Assembly (NCBI GenBank): GCA_946414435.1
Contig: CAMKOM010000012.1
Span: forward strand, 2,980-66,979
Direction of reading: 5' to 3'
Source of the DNA: an uncultured Bacteroidota bacterium
Lineage (GTDB): Bacteria > Bacteroidota > Bacteroidia > Bacteroidales > SZUA-534
DNA length: 64,000 bases
Under the pieces are notes generated by a model that saw only the letters and a program-made list of their open reading frames with translations, had not been told where the DNA came from and made no database searches. A program made the position numbers and the translations under genes. Positions 48,235 to 58,067 of this stretch are shown here, piece by piece; positions within the stretch are counted from its first letter, which is position 1; every line of letters starts with the position of its first letter.

Positions 48235-48783
48235 TTACAAATCCAGTTTCAACTCACCCGACTCGTATTCTTTGAACTTGGCCGAGAGCGCGTTAAGCCA
48301 TGCCATAAGCTCGGCAACTGCGGCAGCTGTGCCTTTCGACACCTGCGCGCCTTTGAGCCGCAGAATGGTGAAGCCGTAAATGGTATTCAAGGCGAGGTGC
48401 AAGTCGTTGATCGATTGGGCGTCCTGCTTTTGGCGCAACTCGGCAATAATTGGCTCTATCTTGGAAAACCGCATCTGATAGGCAACTTCTTTCGGGTTGT
48501 TCTGTAGGTAGAGATGAAAATCGAACACTTCGTCGATTTTATTAGTGAGCGAGATTAAATGTCCGTTTTGTTGGATATGCTCTTCTTCCATTTGATCGGC
48601 CAAACCTGAATACCATTGCCCTACTTCTGTTTGTACGGACGGTTCGCTTGGATATTTTGGCAGCAATGTAGCTTTTATAAGACTCTTGTCGCACTTGCAT
48701 GCGCGGATAAGGTCTTCAATTTGAAACATATAGAGGAAATACTCGCAGATGTTCTCTTTTTTTTTCTGATATGCCACGTACAT
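48235..48783 (-). CDS. DUF4924 family protein
   Basis: 182 aa. ICEYFLYMFQIEDLIRACKCD matches the remembered DUF4924 N-terminal signature. Its stop codon directly abuts the stop of the convergent gene. Confidence 0.7.
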   Translation of the reverse strand: MYVAYQKKKENICEYFLYMFQIEDLIRACKCDKSLIKATLLPKYPSEPSVQTEVGQWYSGLADQMEEEHIQQNGHLISLTNKIDEVFDFHLYLQNNPKEVAYQMRFSKIEPIIAELRQKQDAQSINDLHLALNTIYGFTILRLKGAQVSKGTAAAVAELMAWLNALSAKFKEYESGELKLDL

Positions 48784-48894
48784 TCTTTATTCGATTAACA
48801 AGTTGGCACAAAGGTCTTTTCAACTAAAAAATTTTGTCAGGAACAATCTTTTCGTTTTTGCTAATATAACTAAAAACTTCTTTACTCAAAAATA

Positions 48895-48927
48895 GGAAAA
48901 CCCCTGCAAACAATTGTCTGACAGAGG
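48895..48927 (-). terminator. possible terminator after tRNA-Arg
   Basis: Minus strand CCTCTG...CAGGGG stem followed by TTTTCCTATTTTT. Confidence 0.35.
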
Positions 48928-48940
48928 TTTGAAAAACTTG

Positions 48941-49014
48941 TGACCCCGGCGGGATTCTAACCCACAACCTTTTGATCCGTAGTCAAATGCTCTATACAGT
49001 TGAGCTACGGGGCC
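48941..49014 (-). tRNA. tRNA-Arg (anticodon ACG)
   Basis: The reverse complement GGCCCCGTAGCTCAACTGTATAGAGCATTTGACTACGGATCAAAAGGTTGTGGGTTAGAATCCCGCCGGGGTCA folds as a cloverleaf. Stems are acceptor 7 bp, D GCTC/GAGC, anticodon TTTGA/TCAAA with loop CTACGGA, and T GTGGG/CCCGC. No CCA is encoded. Confidence 0.9.
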
Positions 49015-49114
49015 CTAAAGCGGTTGCAAATATAGGTACTTTTTCAATTGTTGCAACTCAAGAAATGCTTTTTTGAAATAAAATTTCAAATCGGCATAAT
49101 AAGTTGTTATACAA

Positions 49115-49999
49115 TTATTTGATAGTATCGTTCAGCACTTTTATCTTCTCATACAGCCCATCGCTCACCGTTGCAAGCGGCAGACGGACCACATTTTTTG
49201 CCTTGCCTTGCAGTTCAAGCCAGGCTTTTACGCCCGACGGACTGCCTTCGGCAAACAGTGTGTCGATGACTGGCAGGAACTTCAGATGCTGCTCGCGGGC
49301 TTCACTGAAACGGCCGTCGAGAGCAAGGTGCACAATCTTGCTGAACTGAGCGGGGAACGCGTTCTGAAGCACCGAAATCACGCCTGAGAATCCGCAGGCA
49401 ATGAGCGGCAGAGTCAGAGCGTCGTCGCCCGAAATGAGCAGAAAATCCTTCGGACAACGGCTGGCAAGTTGCATACACTGTGCCACATTGCCCGACGCCT
49501 CTTTCACGCCCACAATGTTGCGGCAGTCGTTGGCAAGGCTCACAACCACGTCGGGCGAAATGTTGATGCCCGTGCGGCCAGGCACGTTATAGAGAATTAT
49601 CGGTTTGTCAACATTGTCGGCCAAAGCCTTGAAATGGGCGTACACGCCGCGCTGATTGGGCTTGTTGTAGAACGGCGCAACCGAAAGCAGAGCCGCGATT
49701 TTGTCGTTTTTGGCGTATTCCTTGGCCTGCACAATCACATCGGCGGTGTTGTTGCCGCCACAGCCCACCACAATCGGGATGCGGCCCGCGACCTTGCCGA
49801 TAATGAAGTCGAGCAACTCGTCTTTCTCTGATTTTGAGAGAGTTGCAGGTTCGCCTGTGGTTCCTAACGCCACAATGTAATCGGTGCCGTTGGCCACTTG
49901 CGACTCAATAATGTTTCCAAGTGCCTGATAATCAATTTTTCCATCGGTGCTGAATGGCGTTACCATTGCCACGCCCACACCTCGCAATTGTTGCATCAT
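49115..49999 (-). CDS. dapA: 4-hydroxy-tetrahydrodipicolinate synthase
   Basis: The track start at 50011 is TTG. ATG-ATG at 49999/49996 gives MMQQLRGVGVAMVTPF. The GTTGE motif is present and the DapA-type similarity runs the full length. Confidence 0.93.
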   Translation of the reverse strand: MMQQLRGVGVAMVTPFSTDGKIDYQALGNIIESQVANGTDYIVALGTTGEPATLSKSEKDELLDFIIGKVAGRIPIVVGCGGNNTADVIVQAKEYAKNDKIAALLSVAPFYNKPNQRGVYAHFKALADNVDKPIILYNVPGRTGINISPDVVVSLANDCRNIVGVKEASGNVAQCMQLASRCPKDFLLISGDDALTLPLIACGFSGVISVLQNAFPAQFSKIVHLALDGRFSEAREQHLKFLPVIDTLFAEGSPSGVKAWLELQGKAKNVVRLPLATVSDGLYEKIKVLNDTIK

Positions 50000-50007
50000 A
50001 TTGATAA

Positions 50008-50544
50008 TCAATTAAATTTCTTTAGATAAAACTGTATCTGTTCAAAATAGTATTTCGCGTCTTTTGTGTCGTCGATGCTCAACATCAGGTCGAACGGCTG
50101 ACGCTCGGCAAAGCGGCCGATGCGGAATCGGGCGGCCGTGCGGTGCAGCATCAGCCTTGTCGGATAGTAATCGGCCGAATTCAGGTCGATGAGAATGTCG
50201 AACGCTGTTGCCTCGAAATCGGCCACCAAACCGCTTTTGGGGCGGTACAGAAAGTCAAGGTCGGCATCGGTGAACAGGTTGAAATGGCACTGTTGCTGAT
50301 AGGCCGACAGTTCCTTGCGGTTCGGCACGTAGCCCAAAGCCGTCACACCTGCCTTGAAACCTGTGAGTTGGCTGTAGACGTTGTTGGCGTCGGCAAGGTC
50401 GGAATCTGACGAAACGGCAAACAGCAGCCCCACTCGTGCGGCCTTCTCGAGCGGGCACGGAACGGCCACGCGATTGGGCGCATCGTGCTCACCAACAATG
50501 AGTTGGCTCAATTTCAGCCGAATGGGATTGTACCGTTTCTGCAT
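50008..50544 (-). CDS. conserved hypothetical protein (between secA and dapA)
   Basis: 178 aa with an ATG start. Gaps are 7 nt to secA and 8 nt to dapA, so it is probably co-transcribed with them. I recognise no motif. Confidence 0.65.
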   Translation of the reverse strand: MQKRYNPIRLKLSQLIVGEHDAPNRVAVPCPLEKAARVGLLFAVSSDSDLADANNVYSQLTGFKAGVTALGYVPNRKELSAYQQQCHFNLFTDADLDFLYRPKSGLVADFEATAFDILIDLNSADYYPTRLMLHRTAARFRIGRFAERQPFDLMLSIDDTKDAKYYFEQIQFYLKKFN

Positions 50545-50551
50545 ATTGCTG

Positions 50552-53500
50552 TTATTCAGGCAGATTCATTCCGTGGCAGTTTTTGAACTTCTTGCCGCTG
50601 CCGCAGGGGCACGGATCGTTGCGGCCAACCTTCTTGTCCACTCTCACGGGCTGCACTTTGCGGTCCTCGGGGCGTTGGCCCTGACCTTGCTCGGTGCGAC
50701 CTGTGTTGAAGCGGCTCATATCGAGTTGGCGGCGCTGCTCAACCTGACGAACCTGCTCGGGGTCCTGAATTGGCAGATTACCCTTCATAATTATCGAAAC
50801 AAGTTCGGAATTTATCTTCTCAATCATCGCCTTGAACAGGTTGAACGACTCGAATTTGTAAATCAAAAGCGGGTCTTTCTGCTCGTAGGTAGCGTTCTGC
50901 ACGCTCTGCTTCAGGTCGTCCATCTCACGCAAGTGCTCGCGCCAAGCGTCATCAATAGTCAACAGGCTGATACTCTTTTCGATAGATGTTACCAAATCTT
51001 TGCCTTCCGACTCGTAGGCGCGTTTCAGATTGGTTACGATGTTGTACGTCTTGCGGCCGTCGGTAATCGGAATCACAATGTTGGTATATGTCTGACCCTG
51101 TGTCTCATACACATTCTTGATGACAGGCCAAACGCGCTGCTGTATCTGCTGCGATTTGCGTTTGTAGGCGTCGATGGCAGCCTGATAGAGTTGGTTGGCC
51201 AGTTCGGCGGCACTCTCGCGGTTGAATGTTTCCTCGTCAAACGGCGTGTCGATTGAGAGTGTGCGCACGTTCGAGAGTTTCAGTTCCTCGTAGTCGTTGG
51301 CGTCCTTGTACTCGTTGGCCATCTGCTCGCACACGTCGTAGATGTTGTTCACGATGTCCACCTGCAGGCGGTCGCCGAACAGAGCGTGGCGGCGGCGCTT
51401 GTAGATTACCTCGCGTTGGTTGTTCATCACGTCGTCGTACTCGAGCAGGCGCTTACGGATGCCGAAGTTGTTCTCTTCCACCTTCTTCTGCGCGCGTTCG
51501 ATTGATTTCGAAATCATTGAGTGCTGAATCACTTCGCCTTCCTCAAGTCCCATCTTGTCCATCAGGCCAGCAATGCGGTCAGAGCCGAAGAGTCGCATCA
51601 GATTGTCTTCGAGCGAAACGAAGAACTGCGACGAACCAGGGTCGCCCTGACGTCCGGCACGACCACGCAACTGACGGTCGACGCGGCGTGACTCGTGGCG
51701 CTCGGTGCCCAGAATGGCCAAACCGCCCGCCTCACGCACTTCAGGCGTCAGTTTGATGTCGGTACCACGGCCCGCCATATTGGTGGCGATGGTCACTGTG
51801 CCGCGTTTACCAGCCTCGGCCACAATCTCGGCCTCACGTTGGTGCTGCTTGGCATTCAGCACGTTATGCTTGATGCCACGCATTTTCAGCATTCGGCTCA
51901 AAAGTTCTGAAATCTCGACCGATGTGGTACCCACAAGCACAGGGCGGCCAGCCTCGTTGAGTTTCACAATCTCGTTGATGACGGCGTTGTACTTCTCGCG
52001 GGCCGTTTTGTAAACCAAATCGTCGTAGTCGATACGCTGCACGGGGCGGTTGGTCGGGATGACCACAACATCGAGTTTGTAAATGTTCCAGAACTCACCA
52101 GCCTCGGTCTCGGCAGTACCAGTCATACCCGCAAGTTTCTTATACATACGGAAATAGTTCTGCAGCGTAATGGTTGCGTAGGTCTGCGTTGCTGCCTCGA
52201 CCTTCACGTTTTCCTTGGCCTCGATGGCTTGGTGCAAACCGTCGGAATAGCGGCGGCCTTCCATAATACGGCCCGTCTGCTCGTCCACAATCTTCACCTT
52301 GTTGTCCACAACCACATACTCAACGTCGCGCTCAAACATCGCGTAAGCCTTAAGCAACTGATTTATAGTGTGGATACGCTCGGTTTTTATTGAGTAATCC
52401 TGCAGCAGTTTGTCTTTTTTCTCAACAAGTTCGGCTGTTGGCAGATTCTGATGCTCAAGTTCGGCAATCTCGGCGCCCACATCGGGCATCACAAAGAAAT
52501 TCTTATCTTCCAAATCGCTCGAAATCAAATCGATACCTTTATCTGTAAGTTCTATGGCGTTCTGCTTCTCTTCAATGATGAAATACAGGTCGTCAGTAAT
52601 CAAGTACATATTCTTGCTGTTGTCCTGCATATAGAAGTTCTCGGTCTTCTGCATCATCACCTTCACGCCAGGCTCGCTCAGGTAGCGGATGAGCGGCTTG
52701 TGCTTCGGCAGACCTTTGTTGGCGCGCAGCAGCAGTTTTCCGCCCTCTTCCTCGTTGCCTTCGGCGATGAGTTTCTTGGCGTCGGCCAGAAGTTTCGTAA
52801 CCAGGTCGCGCTGAGCCTGATAGAGTTTCATCACCTGCGGCTTGAATTGGTCGAACAGTTGGTTGTCGCCCTTTGGCACGGGGCCTGATATAATAAGTGG
52901 TGTACGGGCGTCGTCAATCAACACCGAGTCCACCTCATCGACGATGGCGTAGTTGTGGCGGCGCTGCACAAGGTCGTCGGGGCTGATGGCCATATTGTCG
53001 CGCAGATAGTCGAAACCGAACTCGTTGTTGGTTCCGAAGGTCACATCGGCCTGATAAGCCTTGCGGCGCGGCTCGCTGTTGGGCTCGTGCTTGTCGATGC
53101 AGTCCACGCGAAGACCGTGGAATTCGTAGAGCGTGCCCATCCATTCGGCGTCACGTTTTGCCAGATAGTCGTTCACGGTGACCATATGCACGCCTCTGTG
53201 TGTCAGTGCGTTAAGGAACACGGGCAGAGTGGCCACAAGAGTCTTGCCCTCGCCAGTGGCCATCTCGGCAATCTTGCCTTTGTGCAGAGCCACACCGCCG
53301 ATAAGTTGCACGTCGTAGTGCACCATATCCCACGTGATTGGCGAGCCGCCAGCGGTCCAGGTGTTGAACCAGATGGCCTTGTCGCCGCGGATTTCAACGC
53401 TGTCGCGGACGGCGGCAATGTCGCGGTCGAACTGTGTTGCCGTAACCTCGACCTCGGTGTGCTCTTTGAACCTGCGCGCGGTGTCCTTGATGATGGCGAA

Positions 53501-53836
53501 AGCGCGTGGCAGCAACTCGTCGAGCACATCGGCAATTTTGGTGTCGATGGTTTCCTCAATCTTATCTATCTGATTGTAAAGATTTTCCTTCTTTTCGATG
53601 TCTTCCTCTTGCTCAATCTGCTGACGCAACTCGGCAATCTGCTTGTTCTCATCGCTGATGCGGTCTTGTATAATCTGTTGAAGTTCAATGCTTTGTTGAC
53701 GCAACTCGTCGTTCGAGAGATTAGCCAGTTTGGCGTATTCCTCGTTGGTTGCGATAACGTATGGCATTATCTCTTTGATGTCTCGGTCGGATTTGTTCCC
53801 GAACAACTTTGTCAGGAAGCCGTCAATTATTCCCAT
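50552..53836 (-). CDS. secA: preprotein translocase ATPase SecA
   Basis: 1094 aa. Contains [33 protein letters not shown] and the C-terminal zinc motif [14 protein letters not shown]. Confidence 0.97.
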   Translation of the reverse strand: MGIIDGFLTKLFGNKSDRDIKEIMPYVIATNEEYAKLANLSNDELRQQSIELQQIIQDRISDENKQIAELRQQIEQEEDIEKKENLYNQIDKIEETIDTKIADVLDELLPRAFAIIKDTARRFKEHTEVEVTATQFDRDIAAVRDSVEIRGDKAIWFNTWTAGGSPITWDMVHYDVQLIGGVALHKGKIAEMATGEGKTLVATLPVFLNALTHRGVHMVTVNDYLAKRDAEWMGTLYEFHGLRVDCIDKHEPNSEPRRKAYQADVTFGTNNEFGFDYLRDNMAISPDDLVQRRHNYAIVDEVDSVLIDDARTPLIISGPVPKGDNQLFDQFKPQVMKLYQAQRDLVTKLLADAKKLIAEGNEEEGGKLLLRANKGLPKHKPLIRYLSEPGVKVMMQKTENFYMQDNSKNMYLITDDLYFIIEEKQNAIELTDKGIDLISSDLEDKNFFVMPDVGAEIAELEHQNLPTAELVEKKDKLLQDYSIKTERIHTINQLLKAYAMFERDVEYVVVDNKVKIVDEQTGRIMEGRRYSDGLHQAIEAKENVKVEAATQTYATITLQNYFRMYKKLAGMTGTAETEAGEFWNIYKLDVVVIPTNRPVQRIDYDDLVYKTAREKYNAVINEIVKLNEAGRPVLVGTTSVEISELLSRMLKMRGIKHNVLNAKQHQREAEIVAEAGKRGTVTIATNMAGRGTDIKLTPEVREAGGLAILGTERHESRRVDRQLRGRAGRQGDPGSSQFFVSLEDNLMRLFGSDRIAGLMDKMGLEEGEVIQHSMISKSIERAQKKVEENNFGIRKRLLEYDDVMNNQREVIYKRRRHALFGDRLQVDIVNNIYDVCEQMANEYKDANDYEELKLSNVRTLSIDTPFDEETFNRESAAELANQLYQAAIDAYKRKSQQIQQRVWPVIKNVYETQGQTYTNIVIPITDGRKTYNIVTNLKRAYESEGKDLVTSIEKSISLLTIDDAWREHLREMDDLKQSVQNATYEQKDPLLIYKFESFNLFKAMIEKINSELVSIIMKGNLPIQDPEQVRQVEQRRQLDMSRFNTGRTEQGQGQRPEDRKVQPVRVDKKVGRNDPCPCGSGKKFKNCHGMNLPE

Positions 53837-53901
53837 ATATTATTGTAATTATTTGTTTATCAAATGATTAATTATCAAATACATATTTTTTGCAAATACG
53901 G

Positions 53902-53909
53902 CAAAAGTA
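53902..53909 (-). promoter_or_regulatory. -7 box for secA
   Basis: Minus strand TACTTTTG, 66 nt upstream of the ATG at 53836. Confidence 0.4.
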
Positions 53910-53940
53910 AAAGAATTTTGGTACGAAAAGCCAACAGAAC

Positions 53941-54075
53941 AAAGATTAAAGTGTAAAGTGTGATTTGCGCAAGGTGGAAAGCGATAGAAAATAGCCGACA
54001 ATGTGGCAAAGAGCACACCTCAAGCCGCCCGTTGTCCGTAGTCTGATGTCCGTAGTCCGTAGTCCGAAAATCAGC
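53941..54075 (-). repeat. mosaic element L9 (mltG / secA gap)
   Basis: Module words lie at both ends, ttaaagtgtaaagtgtgat and gtccgtagtctgatgtccgtagtccgtagtccg, with unique sequence between them. Confidence 0.7.
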
Positions 54076-54078
54076 CAG

Positions 54079-55182
54079 CTATCTATATATCCTGTTCTTG
54101 TTCAGCGCCTTACGATACTTTTCGGCATTGGCGTTGTGCTCAATCAGCGTGCGGGCAAATGCGTGATAGCCCGAAAAATCGTCTTTCGCACAGAAATACA
54201 AGTACTTATGCTTGTTGTGGTTAAGCACGGCGTCAATCGACGATTTCGACGGAATGCAAATCGGTCCCGGTGGTAATCCTTTGTGTTTGTATGTGTTATA
54301 CGGGCTTTCAACTTCAAGATGGCGGTTCAGAATGCGCTTGATTTCGAAATCACCGACAGCGAATTTCACCGTCGGGTCGGCCTGCAGCGGCATTCCAATG
54401 CGGATGCGGTTCAGATAGACGCCGGCCACATCGGGTTTCTCATCGTTTTTGATGGTCTCTTCTTCCACAATCGACGCCAGCGTGTAAGCTTCGTCGGGTG
54501 TGAGATTGACGGCTTTGGCCTTCTCGCGGCGGCTGTCGTTCCAGAATTTGACCGACTCGGCATACATCCGCTCAACAAACTGCTCGGCGCTTGTGTTCCA
54601 GTTGAAATGATAGGTGTCGGTAATGAACAGCGTGAAAGCCGTCTCTTTTGTTTTGCCGAATTTTGCCAGATAATTGTTGTCAGTCAGCAACATATACAGT
54701 TCGGCATCGTTCATTTCGAGCTTGTTGCCAACCAGTTCGGCAAGCCGCTTGATTGAGCGCACCTTGCCAATGGTAATCTTCACGGGCTCTTGCGCGCCGC
54801 TTCGCAACAGATTGATTAACTGATTGTTGCTCATTCCGTTGCGAATTTTAAACCGTCCGGCTTTGACCAGTTGCGGGTAGTTTTTCTGTCGCGCCACCCA
54901 GTCGAACGATTCTGCATCGACAATAAAACTGCTGTCTTTCAGCATCTTGAGAACATCGGCATAACGGCTGCCGGTTTTTATGCATAGATAGGCCGTCTTG
55001 CGCCCGTCGAGTTTCACGTTCGGCCGCTGCACTTCACCATATATATGATAGGCCATAACCGCGAAGACAATCGCCCCCGCCAAGCCGCTCAGCGCCAGCC
55101 ACCGGCCAAATTTTTTCTTACTTTTTTTTGCCACGATTGATATTTTTTCTGTGAGCGGCAAAGGTAAGGGAATTTTTGTCAA
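54079..55182 (-). CDS. mltG: endolytic murein transglycosylase MltG (YceG-like)
   Basis: N-terminal TM anchor. ASIVEEE and YNTYKHKGLPPGPICIPS are YceG motifs. The start is uncertain: TTG at 55182 or GTG at 55134. Confidence 0.88.
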   Translation of the reverse strand: MTKIPLPLPLTEKISIVAKKSKKKFGRWLALSGLAGAIVFAVMAYHIYGEVQRPNVKLDGRKTAYLCIKTGSRYADVLKMLKDSSFIVDAESFDWVARQKNYPQLVKAGRFKIRNGMSNNQLINLLRSGAQEPVKITIGKVRSIKRLAELVGNKLEMNDAELYMLLTDNNYLAKFGKTKETAFTLFITDTYHFNWNTSAEQFVERMYAESVKFWNDSRREKAKAVNLTPDEAYTLASIVEEETIKNDEKPDVAGVYLNRIRIGMPLQADPTVKFAVGDFEIKRILNRHLEVESPYNTYKHKGLPPGPICIPSKSSIDAVLNHNKHKYLYFCAKDDFSGYHAFARTLIEHNANAEKYRKALNKNRIYR

Positions 55183-55243
55183 GAGAATTGTATTTTTGCA
55201 ACAGACAGGCTGTTACACTTTAGATATAAACAAACTTTTGATT

Positions 55244-55651
55244 ATGAACGCGATAGACATAATGAACGAACGCTGCAAAGGCACAATGATGGAATTCTTG
55301 GGGATTCGGTTCACCAACTGTGGCGACGGTTTTCTTGAGGCCACAATGCCGATTAACGAGCGCAGTTGCACACCGGCAAAAATCGGGCACGGCGGTGCGC
55401 TGATGGCTTTGGCCGAGACGGTTGGCAGCGGACTGTCGTTTCTAAATGTCGATACAACCAAACAGGATGTTCGCGGATTGGAAATCAAAGGCAACCACCT
55501 AAAAGCCGCCATCGGCACTGTTACAGCACGCGCTACGCTGCTGCACAAAGGCCGCACTACTCACGTATGCGAGATTAAAATAACCAATGAAAACGGCGAG
55601 CTTGTGAATGTGAGCCAAATGACGAATATTGTGGTGGATGTTAGGCACTAG
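55244..55651 (+). CDS. PaaI/hotdog-fold thioesterase (candidate DHNA-CoA thioesterase)
   Basis: ATG at 55244, MNAIDIMNERCKGTMMEFLGIRF...HGGALMALAETVGS. It lies next to the men genes (convergent with menE). Confidence 0.8.
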   Translation: MNAIDIMNERCKGTMMEFLGIRFTNCGDGFLEATMPINERSCTPAKIGHGGALMALAETVGSGLSFLNVDTTKQDVRGLEIKGNHLKAAIGTVTARATLLHKGRTTHVCEIKITNENGELVNVSQMTNIVVDVRH

Positions 55652-55702
55652 GCATTATTAGGCATTAGGCACTAGGTATTAGGTGTTAGGTGTTATGTTG
55701 GG
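55637..55702 (+). repeat. mosaic element L10 (3' end of thioesterase gene)
   Basis: gttaggcactaggcattattaggcattaggcactaggtattaggtgttaggtgttatgttgggtg. It begins inside the CDS and contains its TAG stop. Confidence 0.8.
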
Positions 55703-55780
55703 TGCGACGTGAACGTCGCTCGCTTGACGGACAATTTTCCTTTATCCACATTACACTTGACACAAAAAAGCGCATTTTGT

Positions 55781-55804
55781 GGACGCGGCGCGCCACGTCC
55801 CTAC
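55781..55804 (-). repeat. GTAGGGACG hairpin after menE stop
   Basis: Sense reads GTAGGGACGTGGCGCGCCGCGTCC. It starts 2 nt after the menE stop and is followed by acaaaatgcgcttttttg. Confidence 0.6.
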
Positions 55805-55806
55805 AA

Positions 55807-56787
55807 TTATCTCTGATTTAAAAATTCTGCTGCTAACCGTTGTGCTTCGGCACGGGCGGGCTTGCCTGTGGCGGTTGTGGGCAACTTGCTGACAATCAGA
55901 TAGTGACGCGGACGCCAATAGCGCGGAAGGTGCTCTGCGCAGATTTGGCGCAGGGTGTCGGTGTCGGGCGACTCGGTGAGCAGGACAACGCACTCTCCTA
56001 ACCTCTCATCGGGGAACTTGGTGATAATCAAAGGAATATCAGTGTGCTTTGCGAGTTCACGCTCCACTTCTTCAATCTGAATTTTTATGCCGCCGGAACA
56101 AATCACATTGTCGCGGCGACCGATAATGCGAAACCTACCATCAGAGGAAATCTCGGCTATATCGTTGGTAACAAGCGTGTTGGCGCACACTTCGGGCGCA
56201 TCGATAACCAGACAGCCATCGCCATTGAGCGACACACGAACCGAATTGAACGGTGCGTACCAGTCGGTTGCGCCGCTACCACTAATCCGCCGCAGAGCAA
56301 TGTGCGACAGCGTCTCGGTCATTCCGTAGGTACTCCAGACATTGTTTGGGAAACCTCGCAATTCGGCTGCCAGTCTGTCGTTGACGGCACCACCACCAAT
56401 AATCAAGTGCCTGATTGACTCCAACCGCCGACGTTCCTCGTTGGTTTGCAGCGAGTTATAAACCTGCATAGGCGTCATTGCCGCAAAATCAATGTTTTCA
56501 AATATTGACAGACACGGGTGTCCCGTTGGTTCAATACTGATTAGCCGCAAGTTACACGTCAAGGCACGAACAACCATCATTTTGCCGGCAATATAGTCGA
56601 GCGGAAGGCAAAGCAGTGCGATATGGCCCGGTTTAAGCCCCAAAAAGTTGCACGTAATGCGTGCCGAGGCTTCCATCCGGCGTTTCTCAACGCGCATTGG
56701 TTTTGGGGCGCCTGTCGAGCCGCTAGTGCGCACCAGGACGGTGTCGGCTGCGTTGTTCCATTCCGCTAAAAAATCGTCGAGAGACAT
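55807..56787 (-). CDS. menE: o-succinylbenzoate--CoA ligase (short form)
   Basis: 326 aa. AMP-binding P-loop TSGSTGAPK near the N-terminus, plus YGMTE and a C-terminal KLPTTATGK. It sits in a men operon context. Confidence 0.8.
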   Translation of the reverse strand: MSLDDFLAEWNNAADTVLVRTSGSTGAPKPMRVEKRRMEASARITCNFLGLKPGHIALLCLPLDYIAGKMMVVRALTCNLRLISIEPTGHPCLSIFENIDFAAMTPMQVYNSLQTNEERRRLESIRHLIIGGGAVNDRLAAELRGFPNNVWSTYGMTETLSHIALRRISGSGATDWYAPFNSVRVSLNGDGCLVIDAPEVCANTLVTNDIAEISSDGRFRIIGRRDNVICSGGIKIQIEEVERELAKHTDIPLIITKFPDERLGECVVLLTESPDTDTLRQICAEHLPRYWRPRHYLIVSKLPTTATGKPARAEAQRLAAEFLNQR

Positions 56788-57025
56788 TGGGGGATTGTTT
56801 AATTGGTGAATTGTTTAATCGGTGAATCGGTGAATCGTTTAATAGGTGAATTGTTTGTCGGACTACGGACTTCAGACAACAGACTTCAGTCAGTGGTCAT
56901 AATTCAAATAAACCAACGTTCCTAATTTAATTATGGCGGACGCGATTAATCGCGTCCCTACAAACACCTTTCATATTCATATCTAAATCCTAATTTCCAA
57001 CTTCTAATTCCTAAATCCTAAATTA
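56788..57025 (-). repeat. mosaic intergenic element L11 (menC / menE gap, inside the men operon)
   Basis: ggtgaatcggtgaatcg, gtttaat, cggactacggacttcagacaacagacttcagtcag, hairpin ggacgcgattaatcgcgtccctac, ctaaatcctaatttccaacttctaattcctaaatcctaaatt. It shares 19 nt (ctgactgaagtctgttgtc in sense) with L2 and overlaps the last 7 codons of menC. Confidence 0.85.
56938..56961 (-). repeat. GTAGGGACGCG hairpin (in L11)
   Basis: Sense reads GTAGGGACGCGATTAATCGCGTCC, with a 9-bp stem GGACGCGAT/ATCGCGTCC. It differs from the L5 copy only in the loop base. Confidence 0.7.
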
Positions 57026-58044
57026 TCAATGCTTTCAATGCCGCCTTTCAGCCATAGCTTCTCGCCTACGACTTGCAGCGGCAAATCGATATTGTTGGTG
57101 TAGAGAGCGCCGGTGCCGAGCCCTTGAGGAATGTTAATTCCAAGCCCTGCCGCCCAAAGCGCAATGTACAAAAGTCCGATATTTGACTCCAGCGCCGACG
57201 TGGCCCAAAAGCCGATTCCGCGTTCGCGGGCAAGCCGAATCCACTCGTTGCAACCGCTCAAACCGCCGTGCAGCGTGGGTTTCAGGATAATGTACTGCGG
57301 TTTAATGGCATCTAAAAGTTCGATTTTGCGCCGTGTGTCGTTTATGCCGATAAGCTCTTCATCCAAAGCGATTGGAATTGGCGACGTGCGGCACAAATCG
57401 GCCATTGCAGCCCATTGTCCGGCCTTTATGGGCTGCTCAATTGAGTGAATGTCAAGCCGTGCCAGCCGCTCCAATTTCTGCGGCGCGTTGTCGGGACTGA
57501 AACCGCCGTTGGCATCGACGCGAATGGTTATCTTATCGGCCGGAAAACGCTGACGCACAAGTCGTAACAGCTCATATTCCTTCTCAAAATCAATGGCGCC
57601 TATCTTTATTTTTATGCAACTGAAACCTTGCCGCAGCTTCTCCTCGACCCGTGCGCTCATCTCGTCGAAACTGCCCATCCACACCAAGCCGTTGATTTTT
57701 ATGCCATCGGCACCAGTGGCGAATGGTGTGGTTAAATCCATCGCAGCAAACTGATTACAAGCCATTTGCGCGCACTCCAATCCGAACAGAATCGACGGAT
57801 AGTTGCGTAGTCGCTCGTAGTCGATTGTGCCGTTGAAAGTGGCCGCCACATCGGGCAGAACCGTCTCAAAATCAGGCACATCGTCGCAGCTTAGGTTCGG
57901 CAGCGGCGCCACCTCGCCCCAGCCAACGCGACCTTGGTCGTCCTGCATCCGCAGAAACCAAACCTTGTGTTCGGTGTAAACACCCCGCGAAGTGCCCGCA
58001 GGTTGCTTAAAATGAAGCGTATATGGAATTACCGTGAGTTGCAT
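57004..58044 (-). CDS. menC: o-succinylbenzoate synthase (enolase superfamily)
   Basis: 346 aa. IKIKIG, RVDANGGF and LDEEL metal-ligand motifs, in a men operon context. Confidence 0.85.
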   Translation of the reverse strand: MQLTVIPYTLHFKQPAGTSRGVYTEHKVWFLRMQDDQGRVGWGEVAPLPNLSCDDVPDFETVLPDVAATFNGTIDYERLRNYPSILFGLECAQMACNQFAAMDLTTPFATGADGIKINGLVWMGSFDEMSARVEEKLRQGFSCIKIKIGAIDFEKEYELLRLVRQRFPADKITIRVDANGGFSPDNAPQKLERLARLDIHSIEQPIKAGQWAAMADLCRTSPIPIALDEELIGINDTRRKIELLDAIKPQYIILKPTLHGGLSGCNEWIRLARERGIGFWATSALESNIGLLYIALWAAGLGINIPQGLGTGALYTNNIDLPLQVVGEKLWLKGGIESIDNLGFRN

Positions 58045-58067
58045 TTATTCCGTTTTTGATTTCTTCC

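Noticed and set aside
48941-49014. tRNA-Arg could be an integration hotspot marking a genomic island.
   Set aside because: There is no integrase, no direct repeat of the tRNA 3' end and no mobile genes nearby. The flanks are dapA and a conserved DUF gene.
55807-56787. menE, at only 326 aa, could be a truncated pseudogene. Canonical MenE enzymes are about 450 aa or longer.
   Set aside because: The ORF is intact, with the P-loop TSGSTGAPK near the N-terminus, YGMTE and the C-terminal catalytic Lys region. From memory, short MenE forms are usual in Bacteroidetes.
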